Shown one piece after another: positions 43,484-52,006 of a DNA stretch of 64,000 nt; the stretch's first letter is position 1; the number at the start of each line of letters is the position of its first letter. The DNA is taken from the NCBI GenBank assembly GCA_041665145.1, contig JBAYJK010000001.1, positions 421,629-485,628 of the forward strand, given 5' to 3'. The DNA comes from Patescibacteria group bacterium (GTDB taxonomy: Bacteria; Patescibacteriota; Microgenomatia; UBA1406). The notes beneath the pieces were generated by a model. The model worked only from the letters and a program-made list of their open reading frames with translations. It made no database searches and had not been told where the DNA came from. The position numbers and the translations under genes were made by a program.

Positions 43484-43798
43484 ATGGCACTATACACAAC
43501 TATAAAGGGAGTAGATGTAAAAATCGGTGACGAGGTTGAACTGGTAACCAATTATGTGGACGGCGACAAACAAAAGAAGCAGAAATTCGAAGGAATCATT
43601 ATTGCCATAAAAAACAGCGGTGAAGGTAAATCGTTTACCGTGCGAAAGGTTACTAAAGACGGTTTTGGCATAGAAAGAGTCTTTCCTGTTTTGTGGCCAA
43701 GTCTCGACAGTATCAGAGTGATATCAGGAAACGAAGTCCGTCGTGCGAAACTTTACTATATGCGAGGCAAGATCGGTAAGCAAGCAAACGAAACGTAA
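43484..43798 (+). CDS. rplS: Ribosomal protein L19
   Basis: GDEVELVTNYVDGDKQKKQKFEGIIIAIKNSGEGKSFTVRKV..GIERVFPVLWPSLDSIRV..RRAKLYYMR is typical of L19. The ORF track starts at TTG 43478, but ATG 43484 fits the promoter spacing. Confidence 0.9.
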   Translation: MALYTTIKGVDVKIGDEVELVTNYVDGDKQKKQKFEGIIIAIKNSGEGKSFTVRKVTKDGFGIERVFPVLWPSLDSIRVISGNEVRRAKLYYMRGKIGKQANET

Positions 43799-43811
43799 AC
43801 TTCAAGCAAAT

Positions 43812-43880
43812 TCGAAGTTCGAATATCGAAATCCGAAACAATCCAGTAGCAGATTGCTAAATTGCTATATTGTTGTGTAT
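43812..43880. repeat. Degenerate 7-bp tandem array (TCGAAGT TCGAATA TCGAAAT CCGAAAC ... TTGCTAA ATTGCTA TATTGTT)
   Basis: Read directly from the sequence. The segment 43854-43876 matches 45257-45279 at 21/23 positions. Confidence 0.8.
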
Positions 43881-43903
43881 AAGCCGTGGCTTAATATGTT
43901 TTT

Positions 43904-44278
43904 GTGATATATCCTTGTTTCGTGAAACAATTCAATAGCTCAATCGGACGACAAGGTGAGGACATCGCAACTTCCTATTTAATTGACAAGGGATATGTCA
44001 TCATAGAACGAAATTTCAAAGTAAATCTCGGAGAGATAGATATTATCGCAAAGCACCGGGGCTTTCTTGTTTTTGTCGAGGTTAAGTATCGTACATCATT
44101 GTATTATGGGGAGCCGTACGAAGCAGTAAATATTCGTAAGTTATCTAAGCTCCGAAGACTTGTGGATTATTACTATCTTCTCAACAAACCAACGTCGTCA
44201 CCAAAAATAGAAATACTGTCAATTCTTAAGACAGATGAGAAATATTGTATTCGCCATATACAAACGATCATATTTTAG
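43904..44278 (+). CDS. yraN: YraN family (UPF0102) endonuclease-like protein
   Basis: GEDIATSYLIDKGYVIIERNFKVNLGEIDIIAKHRGFLVFVEVKYR is the family signature. It uses a non-ATG start, and the exact start is uncertain. Confidence 0.8.
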   Translation: MIYPCFVKQFNSSIGRQGEDIATSYLIDKGYVIIERNFKVNLGEIDIIAKHRGFLVFVEVKYRTSLYYGEPYEAVNIRKLSKLRRLVDYYYLLNKPTSSPKIEILSILKTDEKYCIRHIQTIIF

Positions 44279-44312
44279 TTAATATACTGTATTACCAATT
44301 TATTATAATCAT

Positions 44313-44546
44313 ATGGATACACAAGCCACACCTCCCGCCGAAGAAAAAATTTTGGCAACTGTTCAAAAATCTGAAACCGATGTAATCAAGATCAGGGAAA
44401 CTGAATTCAAAGGAAAAGTCTATGTCGATATTCGAATTTATACGAAGACTGCAGACGGTACCGAGATTCCAACAAAAAAAGGAGTTATGGTAACCAAAGA
44501 AATTATGAAGCAGGTGCGTGACGAACTTGACAAAGTGGAACTCTAA
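44313..44546 (+). CDS. PC4/YdbC-like single-stranded DNA-binding protein (tentative)
   Basis: 77 aa. IKIRETEFKGKVYVDIRIYTKTADGTEIPTKKGVMVTKEIMKQV fits the pattern of the bacterial PC4-like family. Confidence 0.55.
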   Translation: MDTQATPPAEEKILATVQKSETDVIKIRETEFKGKVYVDIRIYTKTADGTEIPTKKGVMVTKEIMKQVRDELDKVEL

Positions 44547-44587
44547 AGTCAATAGGTATAAAATAATTTCAGAAAGGGGATGAAACA

Positions 44588-45238
44588 ATGAATATTGTAA
44601 TCGATGTATTTAGAGCTTTTTATATGAGCCTTATGAACTACTTACCGAGTTTTTTTTATGGCTTCCTCATTCTGGTGGTAGGATTTTTGCTCGCAGGTCT
44701 TGTTAAGGAAGTTTTTATCGGGTTAGTAAAATTCTTTAAGGTAAGTTTTTTCTTTAAGGCAACAAATATTGCGAAAGAAAAGGAAGTAACCATCTGGGCC
44801 GACGTGTTGGGTGAACTGTTAAAGTGGGTTGTTGTTATTCTGTTTCTCGTTCCCACCATGCAGCTCTGGGGACTTTCGGGAATGACGGTGATTTTGAACA
44901 GTCTCTTACTGTACCTCCCGAATGTAATTGTTTCCGTTGTTATCGCCCTTGTGGGTTACGTGGTTTCTAATCTAACCCACGATATTGTATTACAGAGCGT
45001 AAAGACCGTACAGAAGCGTGTTTCAGCTACGATGGCAACGCTTTCGAAGTACGTAATTCTTGTTTTTACTGGACTCGTTGTGTTGAATCAGCTTGGTGTA
45101 GCTCAAGACCTTATACGAATTTTGTTTACCGGTATTGTTTTTATGATTGCGATAGCCGGAGGACTTGCGTTTGGACTTGGCGGTCAAACCGTAGCTAAGG
45201 AAATGCTGGAGGATCTTAAGAAGAAGTTTAAGGAATAG
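44588..45238 (+). CDS. Polytopic membrane protein (conserved TM-helix repeat type)
   Basis: 216 aa with four to five hydrophobic helices. An SD-like AAAGGGGA lies upstream. No specific family was recognised. Confidence 0.5.
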   Translation: MNIVIDVFRAFYMSLMNYLPSFFYGFLILVVGFLLAGLVKEVFIGLVKFFKVSFFFKATNIAKEKEVTIWADVLGELLKWVVVILFLVPTMQLWGLSGMTVILNSLLLYLPNVIVSVVIALVGYVVSNLTHDIVLQSVKTVQKRVSATMATLSKYVILVFTGLVVLNQLGVAQDLIRILFTGIVFMIAIAGGLAFGLGGQTVAKEMLEDLKKKFKE

Positions 45239-45246
45239 GGCAGAGA

Positions 45247-45311
45247 AATTGTTAATTTGCTAAATTGCTGGATTGTTGTACTGTTGTATTGCTGGGTATG
45301 TGTTTTGTGTG
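45247..45311. repeat. Degenerate 7-bp tandem array (ATTGCT/ATTGTT word family)
   Basis: AATTGTT AATTTGC TAAATTG CTGGATT GTTGTAC TGTTGTA TTGCTGG GTATGTG TTTTGTG. It shares TTGCTAAATTGCT..ATTGTTGT with 43854-43876. Confidence 0.8.
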
Positions 45312-45327
45312 ATAAAATACCACTATA

Positions 45328-45362
45328 TTAAGTCTTTAATATTTAGTCTTAAGACTTAATCT
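45328..45362. repeat. 7-bp tandem array (TTAAGTC TTTAATA TTTAGTC TTAAGAC TTAATCT) abutting tRNA-Glu
   Basis: Read directly from the sequence. It ends 1-2 nt before the tRNA 5' end. Confidence 0.75.
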
Positions 45363-45363
45363 T

Positions 45364-45437
45364 GCTGTCATCGTCTAGAGGCCTAGGACACCGCCCTTTC
45401 AAGGCGGATATCGTGGGTTCGAATCCCACTGGCAGCA
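45364..45437 (+). tRNA. tRNA-Glu (anticodon TTC)
   Basis: Hand-folded as acceptor GCTGTCA/TGGCAGC (one G-T pair), anticodon stem CCGCC/GGCGG, loop CTTTCAA, and T-arm GTGGG-TTCGAAT-CCCAC. No CCA is encoded. Confidence 0.9.
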
Positions 45438-45517
45438 CACCGTAAGAAATTGCATAGCAATTTCAACGTTGTAGAAACGCTTAACCATAGGTTTATTGCG
45501 TTTCACGCATTCGCATA

Positions 45518-46213
45518 ATGAGCACTGATGTTTTTTTCGGAGAAGACCTTGTCCGTATGGATCGGGATTTGTTGATATTGAAGAAAAACTACTCTACTAT
45601 TCGGTCATTTGACGAACTTCCCGAACTCGGTCAACTCAAAAACGAATTGCTTACCAGCAATCTTTTTGCAGAAAAGAAACTGCATGTTTTCAAAAACATT
45701 TTCTTGTTTCAGGTAACCAGAGGGAAGTTGAGTACAAAAATTGAAGAAGTTATGAAATTTCTAGCATCCGCCCAGAACTCGGTTTCGATGGCGTTTGTGG
45801 AAGAAGATAGCAATAAGGCAAAGTACTACAAGCTCTTTTTCCCGAAAGCAACCTATCACGATTATAAACTGCCGGGTTATCTTTTTTCGTATCTCGACAA
45901 CCTGAAACCCGGCAATATGAAAAGGTGTTTCGAGTATTTCCAGAAGTCGTTGGAATCTTCTCCGGTCGAGATACTTTTTTTTATGACGAAGCGTCGGGTC
46001 AAAGAGCTTTTGCAACTGACTGCTGGCGAATTGAAGGGGAATTACCAGCCGTGGATGTTGGGAAAACTGAAAATGCAGGCGAAGGAATGGAATGGGGATA
46101 AATTGCTGCAGTTTTACTCCAGCCTGTTCAATAGTGAGAAGCTTATTAAGACAGGGAAGACGCCATACACGACACGACAATCATTGGAAGTTATTCTCAG
46201 TCTGTATCTGTAG
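45518..46213 (+). CDS. holA: DNA polymerase III delta subunit-like (HolA), short form
   Basis: 231 aa. The overall pattern (FFGEDLVRM..., LFAEKKLHVFKN, SPVEILFFMTKRRVKELL, LKMQAKEWNGDKLLQFYSSLFNSEKLIKTG) resembles HolA. This is motif-level evidence only. Confidence 0.45.
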   Translation: MSTDVFFGEDLVRMDRDLLILKKNYSTIRSFDELPELGQLKNELLTSNLFAEKKLHVFKNIFLFQVTRGKLSTKIEEVMKFLASAQNSVSMAFVEEDSNKAKYYKLFFPKATYHDYKLPGYLFSYLDNLKPGNMKRCFEYFQKSLESSPVEILFFMTKRRVKELLQLTAGELKGNYQPWMLGKLKMQAKEWNGDKLLQFYSSLFNSEKLIKTGKTPYTTRQSLEVILSLYL

Positions 46214-46291
46214 TCACTGAAATTTGACAAATAGAACTTTTTGTATATCATAGGTTTTACCTTAAAAATAATTATTATTAGTTAACTACTA

Positions 46292-47716
46292 ATGAACATG
46301 ATGCCGGAATCAATTTTTAAAAGCTACGATATTCGGGGAGTTTATCCGACTGAGATTAATGAAAAGAACATCGGTGCTATCGTTAAGGCGATTTATCGAG
46401 TTTTCTATGAACAGATTGTAGGAAAAGGCGAGAAACGACAACTTACTATCTTGGTCGGCCGTGATATGAGGCTTTCGGGTCCCAGTTTATACCCGATTTT
46501 GAAAGACACTCTTGTTGAATGCGGGGCAAAAATTGTTGATATTGATCTTGCCTCTACTCCCACTATGTACTTCGGAGCATTCAACTATGGCTACGATGCG
46601 GGATTACAACTCTCGGCTTCACATAATCCATCCCAATACGCAGGGTTGAAAATGGTTATCCGAGATTCAAAAGGTCTGAAAAAAATAGGCAAGGGTACCG
46701 GTATGGAACAAATTAAAGCAGCGGCACTTGACCAAGATGGTACCGACGCTTTTATCAAAGCGCTTAATTTACCCCAGGGATCTGTTGAGCAAAAGAGTAT
46801 TCTTGCAGATGAATTGCACAATGCCGAAAAGATAGAAAGCTTCAAACGCATCGGGAAATTAAAGGTAGTAGCAGATGGGGCCAACGCGATGGGAAGTCAA
46901 TATATTGAATTGCTGTTCAATAGCTTGCCGTGCACGTTGGTTAAAATGAATTTTGAATTAGACGGATCATTTCCAAGTCATCAGCCCAACCCGCTTATTA
47001 AAGAAAATGTTGCTGACCTGCAAAAGCGTGTGTTGCTTGAGAAAGCTGATGTGGGTTTGGCTCCGGACGGTGACGGTGACCGTTTGTTTTTTGTGGACGA
47101 GGAAGGCCAAATTGTCCCCGCATCGATTATTACGGCACTTATCGCGAGGGAACTGCTGAAAAAATCGCCGGGAGGAACAATACTTTACGATGTCCGCTAT
47201 ACTATGACACCCAAGAAAATAATCGCTGAATTCGGAGGTGTGTCGGATATAACAAAAGTGGGCCATGCGTTCATTACGGCTAAAATGCGTGAGACAAGCG
47301 CGATCTTTGGAGGAGAATCTTCCGGTCATTACTTTTTCAAAGCCACCGGGAATGCTGAGTCACAACTGCCGGTAATTGCGATCGTGCTTTCGGTACTCTC
47401 ACAAGAGCAAAAACCATTGTCACAGATTGCCCGTGAAATTGCCCGAAGCTTCGAATCGGGTGAAATCAACTTCAAGAGTTCTGTTTCGGGAGTAATATTG
47501 GAAGATTTAAAGAAAACATATTCTGACGGCAACATATCGTTGCTTGATGGAGTCTCCATAGAGTATCCAACATGGCGTTTTGGTGTTCGCACTTCCAATA
47601 CTGAACCGTTGCTGCGTCTGAACGTAGAGGCACTCACCGAGAAAGAGATGGAACAGAAACGAGACGAACTGATGGGCTTTATTGAAAAACACGGTGCAAC
47701 ACCGGTTTCTGAATAA
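46292..47716 (+). CDS. Phosphomannomutase/phosphoglucomutase
   Basis: 474 aa with the active-site SASHNP motif (QLSASHNPSQYAGLK), the metal loop (APDGDGDRLFFVD) and the GGESSGHYFF motif. Confidence 0.9.
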   Translation: MNMMPESIFKSYDIRGVYPTEINEKNIGAIVKAIYRVFYEQIVGKGEKRQLTILVGRDMRLSGPSLYPILKDTLVECGAKIVDIDLASTPTMYFGAFNYGYDAGLQLSASHNPSQYAGLKMVIRDSKGLKKIGKGTGMEQIKAAALDQDGTDAFIKALNLPQGSVEQKSILADELHNAEKIESFKRIGKLKVVADGANAMGSQYIELLFNSLPCTLVKMNFELDGSFPSHQPNPLIKENVADLQKRVLLEKADVGLAPDGDGDRLFFVDEEGQIVPASIITALIARELLKKSPGGTILYDVRYTMTPKKIIAEFGGVSDITKVGHAFITAKMRETSAIFGGESSGHYFFKATGNAESQLPVIAIVLSVLSQEQKPLSQIAREIARSFESGEINFKSSVSGVILEDLKKTYSDGNISLLDGVSIEYPTWRFGVRTSNTEPLLRLNVEALTEKEMEQKRDELMGFIEKHGATPVSE

Positions 47717-47736
47717 GCAGCTTTTGCTATTGCCAT

Positions 47737-48531
47737 ATGGACAAAATACAAAAAATACGTGAGGTGTTGGATCAAACAGCTCTCAAGGCAGGGTCGTATC
47801 TTGTGGAGAATAGAAAACACGTGTCGGTTGTGCAACATAAAATTCGAGAAGATATTGTTACCAATATTGATCTTGAATCTGAAAAAATCATTATTGACAG
47901 CCTTTCTGCTGCATATCCTGACTGGAACATCTTCTCTGAGGAAGTAGGTAGGATAGATAAAAAATCGGAATATACATTCATCATTGATCCCGTTGATGGC
48001 ACAAAAGAGTATATCCGGGGACTTCCGTTATTTAACGTATCTATTGCCTTGAAACATAAAGAAGAAATCATTGCTGCGGTGGTATATCGGCCGGCGGAGA
48101 CTGTATTGTACTCAGGAGTCATGGGGCTTGGCGCATTTCACAACGGAGCTAGAATGACTCCCTCCAAGGTACTCACTTTAGATAAATCATTTGTATATAC
48201 GTATCTCCCTTCTTTTGCACGTCATCCTGATACATTTGAAAAAAGTTGGCTAGCGCTTGGGAAGATTGACAGGTCAGTCTATCGATTGCGTTCGCTTGCG
48301 GATGAAAATACCATGTGTTGTTGGGTAGCACAAGGCGGTTGTGAGGCGTATGTAAATATTAGCGATGCTCCAAAGTATTGGGACATTGCTCCCGGCATAT
48401 GCGTCGCACAGGCGGCAAGTTGTATGGTTACGGACAGGTTCGGTAAACCCCTAGACCAATTACATATCGATTCAGTGGTTATTTCGAACGGGTTGATTCA
48501 TGACGAACTTTTAGACATAATTAACACATAG
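47737..48531 (+). CDS. Inositol monophosphatase family protein (SuhB-like)
   Basis: 264 aa with the motifs FSEE and IIDPVDGTKEYIRG. Confidence 0.85.
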   Translation: MDKIQKIREVLDQTALKAGSYLVENRKHVSVVQHKIREDIVTNIDLESEKIIIDSLSAAYPDWNIFSEEVGRIDKKSEYTFIIDPVDGTKEYIRGLPLFNVSIALKHKEEIIAAVVYRPAETVLYSGVMGLGAFHNGARMTPSKVLTLDKSFVYTYLPSFARHPDTFEKSWLALGKIDRSVYRLRSLADENTMCCWVAQGGCEAYVNISDAPKYWDIAPGICVAQAASCMVTDRFGKPLDQLHIDSVVISNGLIHDELLDIINT

Positions 48532-48553
48532 TTATTAGTTCAGTATATTTGAT

Positions 48554-48994
48554 ATGGGATCAAAATTTGATGTTTCTCAGTTTTCTTCAATTCCGTTTTC
48601 TGAGCGTGTGGAAAAGCCATGGGGTTACGAAATCCACTGGGCTCCCGCAAATCTTCCGTATATGGGAAAAATTCTTCATATTAATGCCGGAAAACGTTTG
48701 TCGTTGCAACGGCACGATATGAAACGAGAAACATGGTACATGATGAGCGGTAAAGCCAAGGTAGTTTGGGACAATGAGAAAGAAGAGCTTATTGAAACGG
48801 AATTGGAGTATGGCAAAGGATACACATGTGCGATTGGTCAACGTCACCGATTGGTAGGTATAACCGACTGTGACATTATTGAGGTTTCAACTCCTGAAAT
48901 CGGGACGACAGAACGGTTGGAAGATGATTATCATCGTCCTAATGAAACAGAAGAAGTGCGAAAGCAAAAAAACAGAGGTTGGAGTAATAAATAA
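48554..48994 (+). CDS. Cupin-domain protein, mannose-6-phosphate isomerase type II-like
   Basis: 146 aa. EKPWGYEIHWA...GKRLSLQRHDMKRETWYMMSGKAKV is typical of the ManC C-terminal cupin. Confidence 0.6.
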   Translation: MGSKFDVSQFSSIPFSERVEKPWGYEIHWAPANLPYMGKILHINAGKRLSLQRHDMKRETWYMMSGKAKVVWDNEKEELIETELEYGKGYTCAIGQRHRLVGITDCDIIEVSTPEIGTTERLEDDYHRPNETEEVRKQKNRGWSNK

Positions 48995-49020
48995 TTATTA
49001 AAAGTTCGTAGGGGCGAAAC

Positions 49021-49653
49021 ATGTTTCGCCCGCCACAAAATAATATGAACATTGATTTCACGTTTGTTCCCAAGCATTATGCGTCCCGTTCTCACGAAAA
49101 AATGTCTGAAGTGCTTATGGATCCGAAAGGCAAGGGACCGGCAATTCACTATTACATGATTCGCGGCGGTGTTGACCAAAAGAATATTACCGTTTGGGAA
49201 CCGGGAACAGTAAGTGGGGAGTATATTAAAACCTATGGACATTATCATGTCGGTGACTTGGAAGAAACCTACTGGGTATTGTTCGGCCAGGGCGTCGTGC
49301 TTTTGGAAAAGCTTGCTGTAGACAAAGAGGGAAACATGATCCACGATGTTGTAGAAGAATTCAAAGCGATACCGGTCAAAGCGGGTGATTCAGTTCACAT
49401 TAATTCCGGATATGGACACTTGGTTGCAAATGTCGGTTCTACCTATTTTGTGACTGCCGACGACAGTCCAGTAAACTTTGATGAGGCGAACCCCGTTTCA
49501 ATGCCGGGGCACGCTGATTACGAGTCAGTTCGGGCGACAAAGGGATTTGCATACTATGTGGTTGAACACGAAGGAAAACCTGCCCTTAAGAAGAATCCGA
49601 ACTACAAAGAAATAAAAAAACAAGATCTTGGAGGGCTTGCAGTAATTTCGTAA
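49021..49653 (+). CDS. Cupin-type (archaeal-type) glucose-6-phosphate isomerase
   Basis: 210 aa. TYGHYHVGDLEETYWVLFGQGVVLL and GYGHLVANVG match the His/His/Glu...His metal-site pattern of cupin PGI. Confidence 0.65.
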   Translation: MFRPPQNNMNIDFTFVPKHYASRSHEKMSEVLMDPKGKGPAIHYYMIRGGVDQKNITVWEPGTVSGEYIKTYGHYHVGDLEETYWVLFGQGVVLLEKLAVDKEGNMIHDVVEEFKAIPVKAGDSVHINSGYGHLVANVGSTYFVTADDSPVNFDEANPVSMPGHADYESVRATKGFAYYVVEHEGKPALKKNPNYKEIKKQDLGGLAVIS

Positions 49654-49655
49654 TT

Positions 49656-49664
49656 TGTTATAGT
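49656..49664 (+). promoter_or_regulatory. Extended -10 (TGTTATAGT) 7 nt before the gap ATG
   Basis: TGTTATAGT-TTAAACG-ATG(49672). No SD sequence is present. Confidence 0.4.
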
Positions 49665-49671
49665 TTAAACG

Positions 49672-50685
49672 ATGAAGCGAATAAGAGTCGGACTTAACGG
49701 ATTTGGCCGTATAGGTCGTGCATTTACGCGTATTGCGTCTCGTCGCGACACCTTTGATATTGTTGCGGTGAATACCCGAAAAACCCCTCCCGAGACTCTG
49801 GCATATTTATTGCAATACGATTCTGTCTACCGTCGATTCGAGAAAACAGTCACCCATGATGAAAAAAGCATCTCAATAGACGGAAAGAATATTGCAGTTC
49901 TCATGGCTCCTACCATAGAAGAAACTCCCTGGGATCATTTCGGGGTAGATGTGGTAATCGACGCAACTGGTGCGTTTACCAATAAAGTCGATCTTGCAAA
50001 ACATATTAAAGGGTCGGTTAAAAAGGTGATTCTAACTGCACCATCTAAAGACGACGAGACTCCACATATTGTTTTGGGAGTGAATAGTGATTCGTTTAAT
50101 TTTGCCGGTGAAACAGTTATTTCAAATGCATCGTGCACGACCAACTGTTCTTCACCGCTTTTCAAAGTGTTGAATGACAACTTTAAAGTGAATCACGGGT
50201 TTCTGACCACCGTTCATGCCTATACTCAAACTCAGAGTTTGCTGGATGATTCCGGGAAGTCATTTGACCGAGCCCGTGCCGCCGCATTGAATATCGTTCC
50301 CTCGACAACGGGGGCTGCAAAGGCTGTTGTAAAAACCATTCCCGAATTGAAAGGAAAAGTCGATGGAATGTCCATTCGTGTGCCGGTACCTACCGGTTCT
50401 TTCACGGATGTAACGGCAATAGTGGATAAGCCAACGACAGTTGAAGAGGTTAATCGGTTGTTTAAAGAGGCATCAGAAACGTCAATGAAGGGAATTCTCG
50501 GTTACGAGGATGTTTTGCTCGTTTCCTCTGATTATATCGGATCTCCATACTCCTGCATATTTGATGCCAATTATACGAAGGTGATTGAAAACACGTTCGT
50601 AAAGGTCTTCGGGTGGTATGATAATGAATGGGGTTATTCAACCAGATTGGTAGATCTTGTTGAGAAAACATCCGACTTTATCTGA
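49672..50685 (+). CDS. gap: Glyceraldehyde-3-phosphate dehydrogenase
   Basis: 337 aa with NGFGRIGR and the active site SNASCTTNC. Confidence 0.95.
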   Translation: MKRIRVGLNGFGRIGRAFTRIASRRDTFDIVAVNTRKTPPETLAYLLQYDSVYRRFEKTVTHDEKSISIDGKNIAVLMAPTIEETPWDHFGVDVVIDATGAFTNKVDLAKHIKGSVKKVILTAPSKDDETPHIVLGVNSDSFNFAGETVISNASCTTNCSSPLFKVLNDNFKVNHGFLTTVHAYTQTQSLLDDSGKSFDRARAAALNIVPSTTGAAKAVVKTIPELKGKVDGMSIRVPVPTGSFTDVTAIVDKPTTVEEVNRLFKEASETSMKGILGYEDVLLVSSDYIGSPYSCIFDANYTKVIENTFVKVFGWYDNEWGYSTRLVDLVEKTSDFI

Positions 50686-51875
50686 TGTCAAAAAAAATAC
50701 ACTACATAGACGAGGCAGTCTTAAAAAATAAACGGGTTATTCTTCGTGTCGATTTCAATACCACACTTAATGAGTCATTTCGCATAGCAGACGACGCGCG
50801 CATTCGTGCAGAACTTCCCTCACTTAATTTTCTTCTGAAAGGTAATAACAGGCTTATTCTTATTTCGCACCTCGGGCGTCCGAAGGGTCACGATGAGAGA
50901 TACTCTCTTCGAGTTGTTGCCCGTAGGTTACAGGAATTAATGCCCGGTTATACGGTAAAACTTGTAAAAGACTTCAGAGGTGAATCAGAAAAGAAAGTTA
51001 TTGAAAAGCAAACATCAAAAGAGATACTTATACTCGAGAACATTCGTTTTTACCAAGAAGAAAAAGAAAACAGTCTTGTCTTTGCAAAAGAGTTGGCTTC
51101 ACTGGGTGATGTGTATGTTAATGATGCGTTCGGTGTTTCTCACCGGACTGATGCGTCGCTTGTCGGTATTACGCGCTACTTGCCGACTTTCGGAGGGTTG
51201 TTGATGAAGAAAGAGGTTAAATCCATTGAGCATGCAATGAAAAGCCCTGCAAAACCGGTAGTCGCAATTCTTGGAGGTGCCAAAATTTCTACAAAAATAG
51301 AGTTTCTTACAAAGCTCTTGAAAGTTGCAGATGTAATACTGATTGGCGGAGGGTTGGCAAATACATTTCTGTATGCGACCGGAAAAGAAATAGGAAAGAG
51401 CTTGTGCGAATATGATGAAGTTGAACGTGCAAAAAGAATATTAAGTAACGCTGAGCGCACCGGGACCCATATCGTCCTCCCGACAGATGTCATCTGCGGT
51501 CGCATGGAGGACAGCGAAGATGCGGGGCAAGTGCGTGATGTTGACGAGATCCCGGTTAATAAACACATACTTGATATAGGTCCAAAAACACAGGCCAGTT
51601 TCGGCAACCACATAGCAAGTGCACGGACTATTATCTGGACAGGTCCGGTGGGATATATCGAAAACCCGTCGTTTGCCCGCGGCACGGATTTTATTTACTA
51701 TTCGATTACTCACAATTTCAAAACATATTCCATCGTTGGTGGAGGCGATACGATTGCGGCAATTATGAAAAAAGAATACTTGGAAGAGATTGACCACATC
51801 TCAACAGGAGGTGGCGCGATGCTTGAGTTCATTGAAAAAGGAACTCTTCCTGCAATTGAAGCCCTCAAGAGATAG
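50685..51875 (+). CDS. pgk: Phosphoglycerate kinase
   Basis: 396 aa with RVDFN, SHLGRPKG, and GGGDT...STGGGA. Confidence 0.95.
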   Translation: MSKKIHYIDEAVLKNKRVILRVDFNTTLNESFRIADDARIRAELPSLNFLLKGNNRLILISHLGRPKGHDERYSLRVVARRLQELMPGYTVKLVKDFRGESEKKVIEKQTSKEILILENIRFYQEEKENSLVFAKELASLGDVYVNDAFGVSHRTDASLVGITRYLPTFGGLLMKKEVKSIEHAMKSPAKPVVAILGGAKISTKIEFLTKLLKVADVILIGGGLANTFLYATGKEIGKSLCEYDEVERAKRILSNAERTGTHIVLPTDVICGRMEDSEDAGQVRDVDEIPVNKHILDIGPKTQASFGNHIASARTIIWTGPVGYIENPSFARGTDFIYYSITHNFKTYSIVGGGDTIAAIMKKEYLEEIDHISTGGGAMLEFIEKGTLPAIEALKR

Positions 51876-51959
51876 TTTATGGTTAATGGTTGATAGTTTA
51901 TGGTGGCTCTTAACTCTAAACCATTAACTCTTAACTATCTACTCTAAATTATTAACCAA
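51876..51959. repeat. 12-unit 7-bp tandem array with two half-arrays of opposite sense (GGTTAAT/GTTTATG then TTAACTC/TAAACCA)
   Basis: TTTATGG TTAATGG TTGATAG TTTATGG TGGCTCT TAACTCT AAACCAT TAACTCT TAACTAT CTACTCT AAATTAT TAACCAA. It starts right after the pgk stop. The halves are partly complementary (GGTTAATGGTT vs AACCATTAAC), so a long imperfect hairpin or terminator is possible. Confidence 0.8.
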
Positions 51960-51972
51960 AAGCCAGAAATCC

Positions 51973-52000
51973 TTGCATCTTTTTTTCCTTTCTCTATACT
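51973..52000 (+). promoter_or_regulatory. Promoter TTGCAT-16 nt-TATACT, 6 nt before the ppsA ATG
   Basis: TTGCAT (51973-51978), TATACT (51995-52000), then GATAGT and ATG (52007). No SD sequence is present. Confidence 0.5.
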
Positions 52001-52006
52001 GATAGT

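Noticed and set aside
44292-44588. 98-aa minus-strand ORF overlapping the PC4-like gene
   Set aside because: It is antisense to a gene with a recognisable family pattern, has no promoter or SD context, and its product is hydrophobic and low-complexity.
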